Of a stretch of 64,000 bases of DNA, positions 1 through 9,800 are shown piece by piece. The notes below the pieces were generated by a model. That model had not been told where the DNA came from and ran no database searches. It worked only from the letters and a program-made list of their open reading frames with translations. How positions within the stretch are numbered: the first letter of the stretch is position 1; the number at the start of each line of letters is the position of its first letter. A program made the translations under genes and the position numbers. Origin of the DNA: Phoronis australis. Lineage: Eukaryota; Animalia; Phoronida. Location of the stretch: contig NMRA01000112.1 of assembly GCA_002633005.1 (NCBI GenBank), positions 384,629 to 448,628 on the forward strand, read 5' to 3'.

Positions 1-317
1 ACATTACTAGAGTATAAAACACTTTACCCAAAGGAGCAAACATCTGCAGCTGTTGTCAGAGAAAGCGGAGCTGCTAACCAACTTTTAAGTATGTAATTCT
101 TCCTTAATGCAATTTTGCTTACTTTTCATTGAATAGACCTTACATTTTATCAGTTTTAAATTGCTTAGCGTTTTTAAGTTTTAGGGACGTGGCACTGGTG
201 ATTAATCTCTGAGACAGTTTTGCTTAAATTTCAGCCCGAGAGATAACTCTTAATTCTTACCAGCTGTTTACATCAAATCATATGTTGATATCTCCATGAT
301 AGCAAATAGCAGCATAT

Positions 318-837
318 GTTAACAAAAACAACAACGGTTTTAAGTCGACTTGACATGTTTCGGTGTCATTTATTCAAACACCATCATCAGAAGAGAGAAT
401 ACAGTGGCCATTACTTGTTGCTGGGCCTAGCGAGAGTATTTTGCTGTCAAGTACCGTCTCAGAACATAAATGAATGAGCGGCCTCTCTCCCCTATCACGA
501 TATGGTTATGAAGCTATGCATGATATGTGCGAATTATTACGGTGACATTACGGATTTTACACAGTTTTGGGATTATTAGTGGGTGGGATAGGCATCTTGA
601 AGTTATTACCGTTGACCAAATCTAAAAAAGCAACAAAATCTGTCGCGTTTTTCTGACTTGAATCACATATGGCCAATTCTCGCCTTTTGTTGTTGGACAT
701 TAGGAGAAATTGAAACCAGTTCCTATACCAGTAAAATGCGCTTAAAATGCATTGCATTTATCAAGTGGAGAGTGAGGCCGCGTTACGAGTGCGAGAGGCT
801 TTAGTTTGAATCAGCTCCGAAACAGATTTCTATGAGT
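318..837 (-). mobile_element. 520-bp insertion, probable Penelope-like element (pLTR) fragment
   Basis: Absent from copy 2 (empty site GCAGCATATCCTTG at ~8267). Flanked by TAT at 315-317 and 838-840. Carries a hammerhead ribozyme core near its minus-strand 3' end, a known trait of Penelope-like elements. Confidence 0.65.
349..393 (-). ncRNA. Minimal type I hammerhead ribozyme motif
   Basis: Minus strand reads CUU-CUGAUGA-U-GGUGU(loop)ACACC-GAAA-C-AU-GUC-AAG. It has the conserved CUGANGA and GAAA boxes, a 5-bp stem II, a palindromic ACAUGU stem III, a GUC cleavage triplet and a 3-bp stem I. Confidence 0.75.
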
Positions 838-1606
838 TATCCTTGTTCATGGATGATTTTATGAGCTCAGGCTTAAAATGGTGTTGGTTAGGATATTAGA
901 AGAAAAGAGTACCTTCAGAAGTCGATGTTCCCAGAACTTTCCTTTTTGTATGTTTAAATACACACGAGGAAATAGCAAAACACTGTGGTTATGTTCAGGG
1001 GTAGGAGACTATCGCGGATCATGGCTGAGTGAGTATTTTGAAAAGGTTCGGCAGCAGATGTTTATTGTTATCGGCCATACTAAAAGCAAAAGCCACCTTT
1101 TCAAAGGAAACGAAACCGATTTCCCGTATCTCATATGTGGTCATATACTATCGATTAGGATTTTCCGGATCACATATGTTGTCAAGGGGCTTCGATTTCA
1201 AATGCCTTGTCTACAGCAATCTGTATACAGATACATGTAGTTTGACGAACTTCGGTACAGACGTTTTCAATGCGGACCGAAATACCAACAGAAGACTAGT
1301 TTTACAGTAGAAATATACAAATACTGTCAAATGTGAGTGAGAGGGAAGTCTCGACGAATCCCAATCAAAGTCAGAAAAATCTTCACAGTTGAAAATTTTG
1401 CACTCGATTTGAATACTTGAGGATAGTTTACAATATCTTTCACACACAGATTTGGAAGACGTGCTCCAATGAAGCTGACAAGCTGGCAACAGATGACGAT
1501 GAATTTCGGACCAAGTCCACTAGCGCTCTGCTCCCCTCAAGGCAATTTTATTTGTTACGTTTCAGGCCGTAGGAAGCGGGGCTCCGGGGGGCGGGAGGGG
1601 TGTACG

Positions 1607-1744
1607 CGCCAGTAAAATGAGAGTAAATGTGTGAACTCAAAATACTTGTGTTTATTTATCGCAAATGGCGAAACCGGAAGGACTAACAAAAATAGTCAAA
1701 CGAATAACTCGCGTAAAATAATAAACCGGAAACCAATAGTGGCG
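1607..1744 (-). repeat. 3' LTR (138 bp)
   Basis: Matches 6681-6818 with one mismatch seen (CCGGAAGGACT vs CCGGAAGAACT). Termini are CGCCA...TGGCG. AATAAA is present on the minus strand. Confidence 0.93.
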
Positions 1745-1866
1745 TAATGTCTCTTTAAGTCCTTTGAAGTAACACTTATCAGTCCTAAGAAAAAATTAGC
1801 ACAATACATGTAATACACTTGAACTAGGATCGGTACCATCAAAGTCCAGGGAGGATACCATAACAC

Positions 1867-4800
1867 TTAATCAACCACAAAATCCTGAAGGTAGGTTGGA
1901 GGACGTTTGGTCCTGGAAGAGCGTCGCAAAGGAACGTCTCCCGTCACGTCAAGTGTACCGCTGCTAGTATGACCCGCATCATTGGTAGGAACAACATCAT
2001 TCGAGGTGTGGGAAGGTTGACTCAGGTTTACTCCAGGAAGAACATCAGACACACTAGAAGGTGGTATCTGAGGTGCCGGCTGGGTTGCTAATGGGAGCAT
2101 TAATCGAGGGACATGATCTTCTTCATCATCGGTGAGGTCGTGGGTAACTGGACCGTAAAGTGAAGGTGTCTCTGAAGGGACCTTGTAACATTCGGTGTCC
2201 TTTACGCGATAGGATGTAGATCGCAACTGATTCCCAATGAACTTCTGGACATTCAACCAGGTGTCATCCCGGCTGACCACGAGATAGCGAGGACGAGATC
2301 GTGTTTTGTCTCGGTCAGAATAGAGGTACACCAAGTCTCCCACATTTGCACGGCATGAAGGAGGGGCCTTTCGTAAAGGGGCTTTCGATTTCACGCTAGA
2401 TTCATGGTTCTTTATGCGGCCCTGATGTTGAGCATGAATCATAGATTGGTCATCGATGGGTAACTGCGCATTAGTAAACTGATCACGTTGGAACCAAATT
2501 TCACGTGCAGATAATCCTCTGGAGCGTAGACGGCTATTGAGCCGAGCAACAGCAAGGGACAGTTGTAAGGGAGTGACTTTCCCATTACCCAAGTGATCTT
2601 TCAGCAACTCATCAGACAATTCGCGAACCGCCTTCTCTGCAACAGGGTTGTGGTTGGGGTTCTTAACTCGCCCTATCTCTAGCATCAATCTGTGGCGCTT
2701 AAGAATTTCATCGTTGCGGAGAGCCTGAAATCCAGGAGCAGGATCAGTGCGAATCACGGCAGGGGGACCATCCAAGGGTCGAAGCTCAATACACATCTGG
2801 AGGAGATTATCTCGCAAACTCTCAGCCCGTTCGCTGTCAATAATGCGCGCAAGTGTGTATGATGACACGCACTCACGAAGCACAAGGATGTCCTGTCGAT
2901 CGCGTTTCATGACATCCGCAGCAAAGGATACACCTACGGCGGGGGGAGGATCCAAGGTTTCTTGGCTGACCTGGGTTTTGGGGAACGCACGCAGGGAGCA
3001 ACACTGATGACAAGACTGTGTACATCTATCAACTGCAGCATCTACGTCTAGGGCGTAGAAATAACGACGGATAACGAGGCGTAGTTGGTTTGCTGAGGGA
3101 TGATCTAAGCGAAGATGCAAAGCTGTAAGGAGACCATCCAATACGGAACGTGGAACGATGATGCACTCGCGTCCAGATGAAAGAGGAGCATCGCGACGAA
3201 CGACCAGTAAGCCATCATTGGCGACTTTGGCAACATTCAGGTATCGCTTCACATCTCTGGCATCGGTTACCTTCTTGCTTGGTCGGGTACCCTGGGTGAG
3301 GTGAGCATGAGTGCGGCGTAAGTCAGCACATTCAGCCTGAATTCCATGCCACGCTGATCGTGATGTAAATGGAAGTCTTGTAGTGCCGGACAAGATGTCG
3401 TCAGATGACGTACGTAAAACCACGCACTCCTCGGTCGAGGAAATGAAGGAGCAGAGTTGGCACGACTGATCAGTGCATTCCGCACTATGACGACTAGCGA
3501 AATCCGAGACAATGTTTGAAGCCCCAGATACATGGCGGATAGACGCCTGGAACCTCGAAACAGCAGACAGAAATGTGGATACCCTGGGGCTCACAGAAAA
3601 CTCTCCTCTACACAAACGCTCAAAGGCCTGTACGCATGGCTTGCTGTCAGTAAGAACAGTGGCCCGATGGATCGACTGTATGAGGTAGGGGCTGAAGTGT
3701 TTCAAAGCAACAGCAATGGCCAGAGCCTCTATCTCGCAAGGAAGCCAAAGAACTTGACGGGCTTTAAGTTTGGCACTGAAGAAAGAGGCGATACGAGGTT
3801 TATCGGACCTGGTGACATATAAAGTAGCAGCTATGCCAGGATGCTTTGCAGAAGCGTCAGTAACAATCCAAATGTGATCGTCGGGACGAGGGAGGGTGAT
3901 GATCTTGTTCGTGGACAGGGCACTCTGCGCGGAAGTAAAAGCTGCAGACAATTCATCAGACCATGATATCTTATCTTTGGAGTCTTGGCCGGAAATCGCA
4001 TCATCAAGTGGAGACAAATACTGAGAACAATGAGGAATAACACGGGCCAGTACTTTATAAGCACCAATGAAGGATCGCATCTGACGCACTGTTGTGGGCT
4101 TGGCACATGAAGCCAATGCGGCAACTCTGTGGGTGCTAGCTTGGAGCGTACCAGATTCCCAAATCCATCCCAGTATGGTGGTTCGCTTCGGGGCGATAAC
4201 GGTCTTGGTAGCAGATAAATGAAGATCACACTTTGCTAGTGCTGCAAGAACACGTTCCCAGTTGGCCAACAACTCGGAGGGTGTTTGACCACCGCAATAC
4301 AGATCATCTGCAAGCTTGGTTACGATGCCTTCCTCAAGGAGGTGTCCAAGAACACGGGAGGTGAGTTCCTCTAAGGCAGTCTCCGACCCAGGCATTCCCA
4401 TAGCACAGCGAGCGTAGACACGTACCCCGTGGAAGGGGGTAGCCACGCCACAATATTTCATAGACTCGCGTGAAAGAGGGATCTGGTAGAAGGCATTAGT
4501 TAGGTCTGTCTTAGCAAGAAACTTCCACTGGGCTATTTTACGTAGAACAGAATCAACGTCTGGCATAAGTGATGGTTGCGGCTTAGCATACCTTCCCACA
4601 TCCGAGAAGGCAGTCACAAGACGGAAACCACCGTTAAGTTTCTTAATCAAAAAGGACGGGTTGAGATACTCGACTTTCACTCCAACGTCTTCTGGTCGCA
4701 CAAACACTCCTAGGGCCTCGAGTTCGTGGAACTTTTGCTGAAGTTCGTTGAGCTTCGATGGCGAGTACAAAGGGAGACGACCCTTACGCTGAGGTGGTTG

Positions 4801-6654
4801 AGTAGGGCCCATGTTAACGGACCCCTTGAAAGGGCCGGCTGCGCCATTGTATCCGGGAAATGTCGGAGAAAACATGGAAGCAAAATGCTCGTGGAGGCGT
4901 TCAAATGCTTCACGTGTGGCTTTAGGTAAGATGCCATCAGGATCCACAGAAGCGTATCTTTGGTGTTCAATCTTCTGTTCAGGTGGGGTCATAGGCTGGG
5001 AGTCAGCTTTGGGCTCAGGTGCAAAAACGTGATGGATCTGACAAAACTGCTCTTCTTTACGGAGGAATTTGGGATCAGACGAGTCGTTGATGATGCTGAT
5101 CTTACCGCCATTAGGTTTCAAGATCTGAGGTTGTGGCCACAACCCTTTGGCACTGCACCGACGAGCACTCGGTGAATCGGATCTGGGCTCAATGGCAATT
5201 TCGTAATCTTGACCAACTAGTTCGGCAGGCACATCAAGGTCAAGGGTTTCTCCTGGCCAAACAACAGTACGCTGAGGAGGGGAACGCAAGACATGAGTAC
5301 GACGGACGAGAGTCTGCTTTGGTCGTGGCTGAGTATGGTTGTAAAGGTACACACTGTCATCACCAACTCTGACCTCTTTCTTGATTGGTCGAACAGAGAT
5401 ATCATTCTTCACCATGAACGGGGTGGCTGCGAGAACATCGACATCCAACGTCTTGATTACCAATCCCTCAAAGGTAAGAGTGTGGCAGTCACGGGTGAAC
5501 AAAATCTTGGTTTCACCAATAACGTTAAGGGGGGATACACCATCCGCCTGATATGCAAACTGAGTGTTGGGGGCAATAACCGCACCAAGGGACTTGGCAC
5601 AAGACTCACGAATCATGTTGCCTGTGGCACCGCAGTCAAGGGTCAAACGTACACTATGGCCATTACAAAAGGCATCGAGAAATGGGGACTGGACAATGTG
5701 AACACGATGAACAACTGGGTCCACAGGGGGAGTTACATCAAACAGATCTGTAGAGTCTTCGGGATCGTCGACCTCAGATGATCGTACCTTCGAGAAGTAA
5801 CGCTTGTCTTCCGCAGGCAGAAACGGGCACTGGGACAGGTAATGATCGAACTGCGACCGGCGGGCCTGTTTACAAAGAGCGCAACTCTTGGTTGGTCGAC
5901 GGCTGGGAAGAGATGGGGTACGACGGGGAGCAGAGGCCGATCTCATGACTTTGGCGTCTTCTAATGACTGGAGTTCGTCAAGTAGAGCCTGTAGAGACTG
6001 GGAGATGTCAGGTTTGATAGAAGCCAGGGTCTTGGATCTCAGCTCGGGACCATAACGCTGTTGTACGAGACGTGGAAGTCCGGGGTTTACGAGGCGGAGC
6101 CACGTCAGGACAGCTAGGTTTTCAAGGGTGGGAGACATTTCGTCTTCGTCAGTGATGGGTAACCCATGGTGTAGTATAGTATTGTCAGGACCAAGAAGAT
6201 TGTCCTCAATAAATGCCATAATGCGTTGGTATAAGTCCTCCGGACGCTCATCGGGAAGAAGGCGTATTTCAGCAAAGTCCAAAAAGTGTCCACCCGAGGT
6301 TTGGAACCCATAGTGAGCACGTATGGTTTGCCAGATAGAGGCAAGCGATGTTGACTGCTTAATGATGGTGTTACGTGAAATAACTGGACAAAAATTCGCG
6401 ATTTGTCCCAACATTAAGTTCAGATGAGTTAGTTTTTGGGCGGCAGTTCGGCGCCGCGCCTCAGGAACAGTGTCCGGGTCATTGAACAACCCTCGTAGAG
6501 GAACCTTTGCCTTGTCCCAAGTAAAATCGCCTTGCAAAAAGTCAGCAAAGTTAGCGTCCAGCGATAAAACATAGGTTATATTATGTCTCCAATTGTCGAA
6601 GGAGTTTATAGTTTCGGATTTCGTCAGACACCACTGCTTGGGTGCCTTAGCCAT
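1867..6654 (-). CDS. Gag-Pol polyprotein, 1595 aa (gag Zn knuckle, aspartic protease, dUTPase-like, RT, RNase H, integrase)
   Basis: Uninterrupted ORF. Zn knuckle CALC-x9-H-x4-C (~5827-5883); protease LDCGATG (~5621-5640); RT motifs KTDLTNAFYQI, MGMPGS and KLADDL (~4303-4314); RNase H VTDAS / EIEALA / LTDSK / SDFASR; integrase HHCC, then AADV, RTD-x35-E, and a C-terminal VGDLVYL module. Confidence 0.95.
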   Translation of the reverse strand: MAKAPKQWCLTKSETINSFDNWRHNITYVLSLDANFADFLQGDFTWDKAKVPLRGLFNDPDTVPEARRRTAAQKLTHLNLMLGQIANFCPVISRNTIIKQSTSLASIWQTIRAHYGFQTSGGHFLDFAEIRLLPDERPEDLYQRIMAFIEDNLLGPDNTILHHGLPITDEDEMSPTLENLAVLTWLRLVNPGLPRLVQQRYGPELRSKTLASIKPDISQSLQALLDELQSLEDAKVMRSASAPRRTPSLPSRRPTKSCALCKQARRSQFDHYLSQCPFLPAEDKRYFSKVRSSEVDDPEDSTDLFDVTPPVDPVVHRVHIVQSPFLDAFCNGHSVRLTLDCGATGNMIRESCAKSLGAVIAPNTQFAYQADGVSPLNVIGETKILFTRDCHTLTFEGLVIKTLDVDVLAATPFMVKNDISVRPIKKEVRVGDDSVYLYNHTQPRPKQTLVRRTHVLRSPPQRTVVWPGETLDLDVPAELVGQDYEIAIEPRSDSPSARRCSAKGLWPQPQILKPNGGKISIINDSSDPKFLRKEEQFCQIHHVFAPEPKADSQPMTPPEQKIEHQRYASVDPDGILPKATREAFERLHEHFASMFSPTFPGYNGAAGPFKGSVNMGPTQPPQRKGRLPLYSPSKLNELQQKFHELEALGVFVRPEDVGVKVEYLNPSFLIKKLNGGFRLVTAFSDVGRYAKPQPSLMPDVDSVLRKIAQWKFLAKTDLTNAFYQIPLSRESMKYCGVATPFHGVRVYARCAMGMPGSETALEELTSRVLGHLLEEGIVTKLADDLYCGGQTPSELLANWERVLAALAKCDLHLSATKTVIAPKRTTILGWIWESGTLQASTHRVAALASCAKPTTVRQMRSFIGAYKVLARVIPHCSQYLSPLDDAISGQDSKDKISWSDELSAAFTSAQSALSTNKIITLPRPDDHIWIVTDASAKHPGIAATLYVTRSDKPRIASFFSAKLKARQVLWLPCEIEALAIAVALKHFSPYLIQSIHRATVLTDSKPCVQAFERLCRGEFSVSPRVSTFLSAVSRFQASIRHVSGASNIVSDFASRHSAECTDQSCQLCSFISSTEECVVLRTSSDDILSGTTRLPFTSRSAWHGIQAECADLRRTHAHLTQGTRPSKKVTDARDVKRYLNVAKVANDGLLVVRRDAPLSSGRECIIVPRSVLDGLLTALHLRLDHPSANQLRLVIRRYFYALDVDAAVDRCTQSCHQCCSLRAFPKTQVSQETLDPPPAVGVSFAADVMKRDRQDILVLRECVSSYTLARIIDSERAESLRDNLLQMCIELRPLDGPPAVIRTDPAPGFQALRNDEILKRHRLMLEIGRVKNPNHNPVAEKAVRELSDELLKDHLGNGKVTPLQLSLAVARLNSRLRSRGLSAREIWFQRDQFTNAQLPIDDQSMIHAQHQGRIKNHESSVKSKAPLRKAPPSCRANVGDLVYLYSDRDKTRSRPRYLVVSRDDTWLNVQKFIGNQLRSTSYRVKDTECYKVPSETPSLYGPVTHDLTDDEEDHVPRLMLPLATQPAPQIPPSSVSDVLPGVNLSQPSHTSNDVVPTNDAGHTSSGTLDVTGDVPLRRSSRTKRPPTYLQDFVVD

Positions 6655-6669
6655 GGTTCGTTAAGAACA

Positions 6670-6680
6670 CGCTGCCGCCA
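6670..6680 (-). promoter_or_regulatory. Putative primer-binding site TGGCGGCAGCG
   Basis: Directly abuts the 5' LTR and begins TGG. Matches 10/11 to TGGTGGCAGCG, the complement of a typical eukaryotic tRNA-Leu 3' end; the primer identity is inferred. Confidence 0.65.
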
Positions 6681-6818
6681 CGCCAGTAAAATGAGAGTAA
6701 ATGTGTGAACTCAAAATACTTGTGTTTATTTATCGCAAATGGCGAAACCGGAAGAACTAACAAAAATAGTCAAACGAATAACTCGCGTAAAATAATAAAC
6801 CGGAAACCAATAGTGGCG
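6681..6818 (-). repeat. 5' LTR (138 bp)
   Basis: Direct repeat of 1607-1744, followed on the minus strand by the PBS and the ATG 26 nt later. Confidence 0.93.
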
Positions 6819-9800
6819 ACGAGCCCCCAAAAATTTTAAGGCGTCCGGGTTAAACCGTGGCAGCCGACATAGGCGTAGGGCCAGGGACAGTCGAGAAAAG
6901 AAAAAGTGCGAAATATGGATAAAAGAGAAAATTCAAGAGAACATTTAACAACTATGCATCAGTGCGTGGATTACCTTTTGAGTACCCTGGCCAGGACATT
7001 GTCGTTAGGGGCTCCGCTTTTGAAGCACAGGTCGGCTAAACGCACTTGAAAACGTGCACGGAATCAATCATACATATATTTAGAAAAATCCAGAAATTTT
7101 GTAAAGGGAAGCTTTTACGGAGCGTAAACTAGTTAATTTGCTAGCTTTTTAAATTCAATAAGTCAATTTGTAAATACAAAATTATATTTTCCAGAGGCCT
7201 CTCTCTGGCAAAGGATAACGGAGACAGCTTTCACTTTATTTTTTTTTCTCGAAACTGTATATTACTTGAGAAAAATTGATGCCCTGACAGATAACATCAA
7301 TTGCTGAGCATTTCCTGATACTTGAAAATATAGATATTTTCATATTTAGGTGCCCCGGCGTTGAAGGAGGCCACTGATGACAATATTCGGCTCCGAAATC
7401 GAAGAATTGAGGGCCCTGAAATATATTGATGATTTTTGTCTCTGTGGTATAGGTGAGACAGTTTCAATTGATCAACCAATTACAACCTCAACCTCGTTTC
7501 TTAGTACTAGCTATCAATGTAATGCACAGACTCATGGTTATTTTTCACTTTATCAAGGTATTAACAGGTAATTTTAGAAATGGTCCAGTTTACTATTTAT
7601 TTTTGTAAACATTTGCGCATAGTCAGAATTTATTGTCGGAAATTAACGCTTGCGCTAATCCTAACTTGTTTATATTCGAAGTCTCTACATTACTGTTTAC
7701 CTTACGTTATTTTGCGTTGTGTGGTATGCTTTCAACTAAAAAATTTAAGAAGTCTGAGTATTACAAGAATTATTAATGAAATGAATTATAATGTAGAGTA
7801 TGCTCTAAAGGTATTTTATGTTTCTCAAGGCCCGTTTTCATCCTTATTGATACATAATAAACGACGGGAAAAAGATTTGCCCATTTCCGCGCATGCGCAC
7901 TACGGTGCCTTAGCAAAGGTTTTTCCCGGGAAATGTTTTCCCGTGACACCGTGACTATACATAACTAGAGTATAAAGCACTTTACCAACAGGAGCAATCA
8001 ACTGCAGCTGTTGTCAGAGGAAGCGGAGCTGCTAACCAACTTTTAAGTGTGTAATTCTTCCTTAATGCAATTTTGCTTACTTTTCATTGAATAGCCCTTA
8101 CATTTTATCAGTTTTAAACTGCTTAGCGTTTTTAAGTTTTAGGGACGTGGCACTGGTGATTAATCTCTGAGACAGTTTTGCTTAAATTTCAGCCTGAGAG
8201 ATAAATCTTAATTCTTACCAACTGTTTACGTCACATCATATGTTGATATCTCCATGATAGCAAATAGCAGCATATCCTTGTTCGTGGATGATTTTATGAG
8301 CTCAGCCTTAAAATTGTGTTGGTTAGGATATTAGAAGAAAATAGTCCCTTCAGAAGTCGATGCTCCCGGAACTTTCCTTTTTGTATGTTTAAATACACAC
8401 GAAGAAATAGCAAAAAGATGTGGTTATGTTCAGGGGTAGGAGACTAACGCGGATCATGGCTGAGTGAGTATTTTGAAAAGATTCGGCAACAGATGTTTAT
8501 TGTTATCGGCCATACTGAAAGCAAAAGCCGGGAATCGAAACCAATTTCAGGATTTACCCTATCTCATATGTGGTCATATACTATCAATTAGGATTTTTCC
8601 CATCACATACACTGTATGTTGTCAAGGGGACTTTGATTTCAAATGATGTTATCTACTGCAATCTGTATACAGATACATGTAGATTGACGAAGTACAGACG
8701 TTTTCAATGCGGACCAAAATACCAACAGACGACTAGCTTTACAGTAGAAATATACAAATACTGTCAAATGTGAGTGAGAGGGAAGTCTCGACGAATCCCA
8801 ACCAAAGTCAGAAAAATCTGCACAGTTGAAAATTTTGCACTCGATTTGAATACTTGAGGATAGTTTACAATATCTTTCACACACAGATTTGGAAGACGTG
8901 CTCTAATGAAGCTGACAAGCTGACAACAGATGACGATGAATTTCGGACCAAGTCCACTAGCGCTCTGCTCCCCTAATGGCAATTTTATTTTTTACGTTTC
9001 AGGCCGTAGGAAGCGGGGCTCCGGGGGGCGGGAGGGGGGTACGAGTCCCCAAAAATTTTAAGGCGTCAGGGTTAAAGCGTGGCAGCCGACATAGGCGTAG
9101 GGCCAGGGACAGTCGAGAAAAGAAAAAGTGTGAAATATGGATAAAAGAGAAAATTCAAGAGAACATTTAACAACTCTGCATCAGTGCGTGGATTACCTTT
9201 TGAGTACCCTGGCCAGGACATTGTCGTTAGGGGCTCCGCTTTTGAAGCACAGGTCGGCTAAACGCATTTGAAAACGTGCACGGAATCAATCATACATATA
9301 TTTCAAAAAATCGAGAAATTTTGTAAAGGGAAGCTTTTACGGAGCGTAAACTAGTTAAGTTGCTAGATTTTTAAATTCAATAAGTCAATTTGTAACTACA
9401 AAATTATATTTTCCAGAGGCCTCTCTCTGGCAAAGGATAACGGAGACAGCTTTCACTTTATTTTTTTCTCGAAACTGTATATTACTTGAGAAAAATTGAT
9501 GCCCTGACGGATAACATCAATTGCTGAGCATTTCCTGATACTTGAAAATATAGATATTTTCATATTTAGGTGCCCCGGCGTTGAAGGAGGCCACTGGTGA
9601 CAATATTCGACTCCGAAATCGAAGAATTGAGGGCCCTGAAATATATTGATGATTTGTGTCTCTGTAGTATAGGTGAGACAGTTTCAATTGATCGACCAAT
9701 TACAACCTCAACCTCATTTCTTAGTACTAGCTATCAATATGATGCACAGACTCATGGTTATTTTTCACTTTATCAAGGTATTAACAGGTAATTTTAGAAA

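Larger units (their letters stand above)
1607..6818 (-). mobile_element. Full-length Ty3/Gypsy-like LTR retrotransposon (5212 bp) with 3-bp TSD ACG
   Basis: Two 138-bp direct repeats flank a single gag-pol ORF. ACG sits at 1604-1606 and 6819-6821. The empty site GGTACGAG is at ~9038-9045 in the duplicate unit. Domain order is PR-RT-RH-IN. Confidence 0.95.

Noticed and set aside
1601-1606. TG at 1601 as a canonical LTR start
   Set aside because: TGTACG is not present before the second LTR and aligns to the flank in the empty-site copy.
2747-6344. Short ORFs overlapping gag-pol
   Set aside because: They are alternate-frame or antisense by-products with no recognisable motifs.
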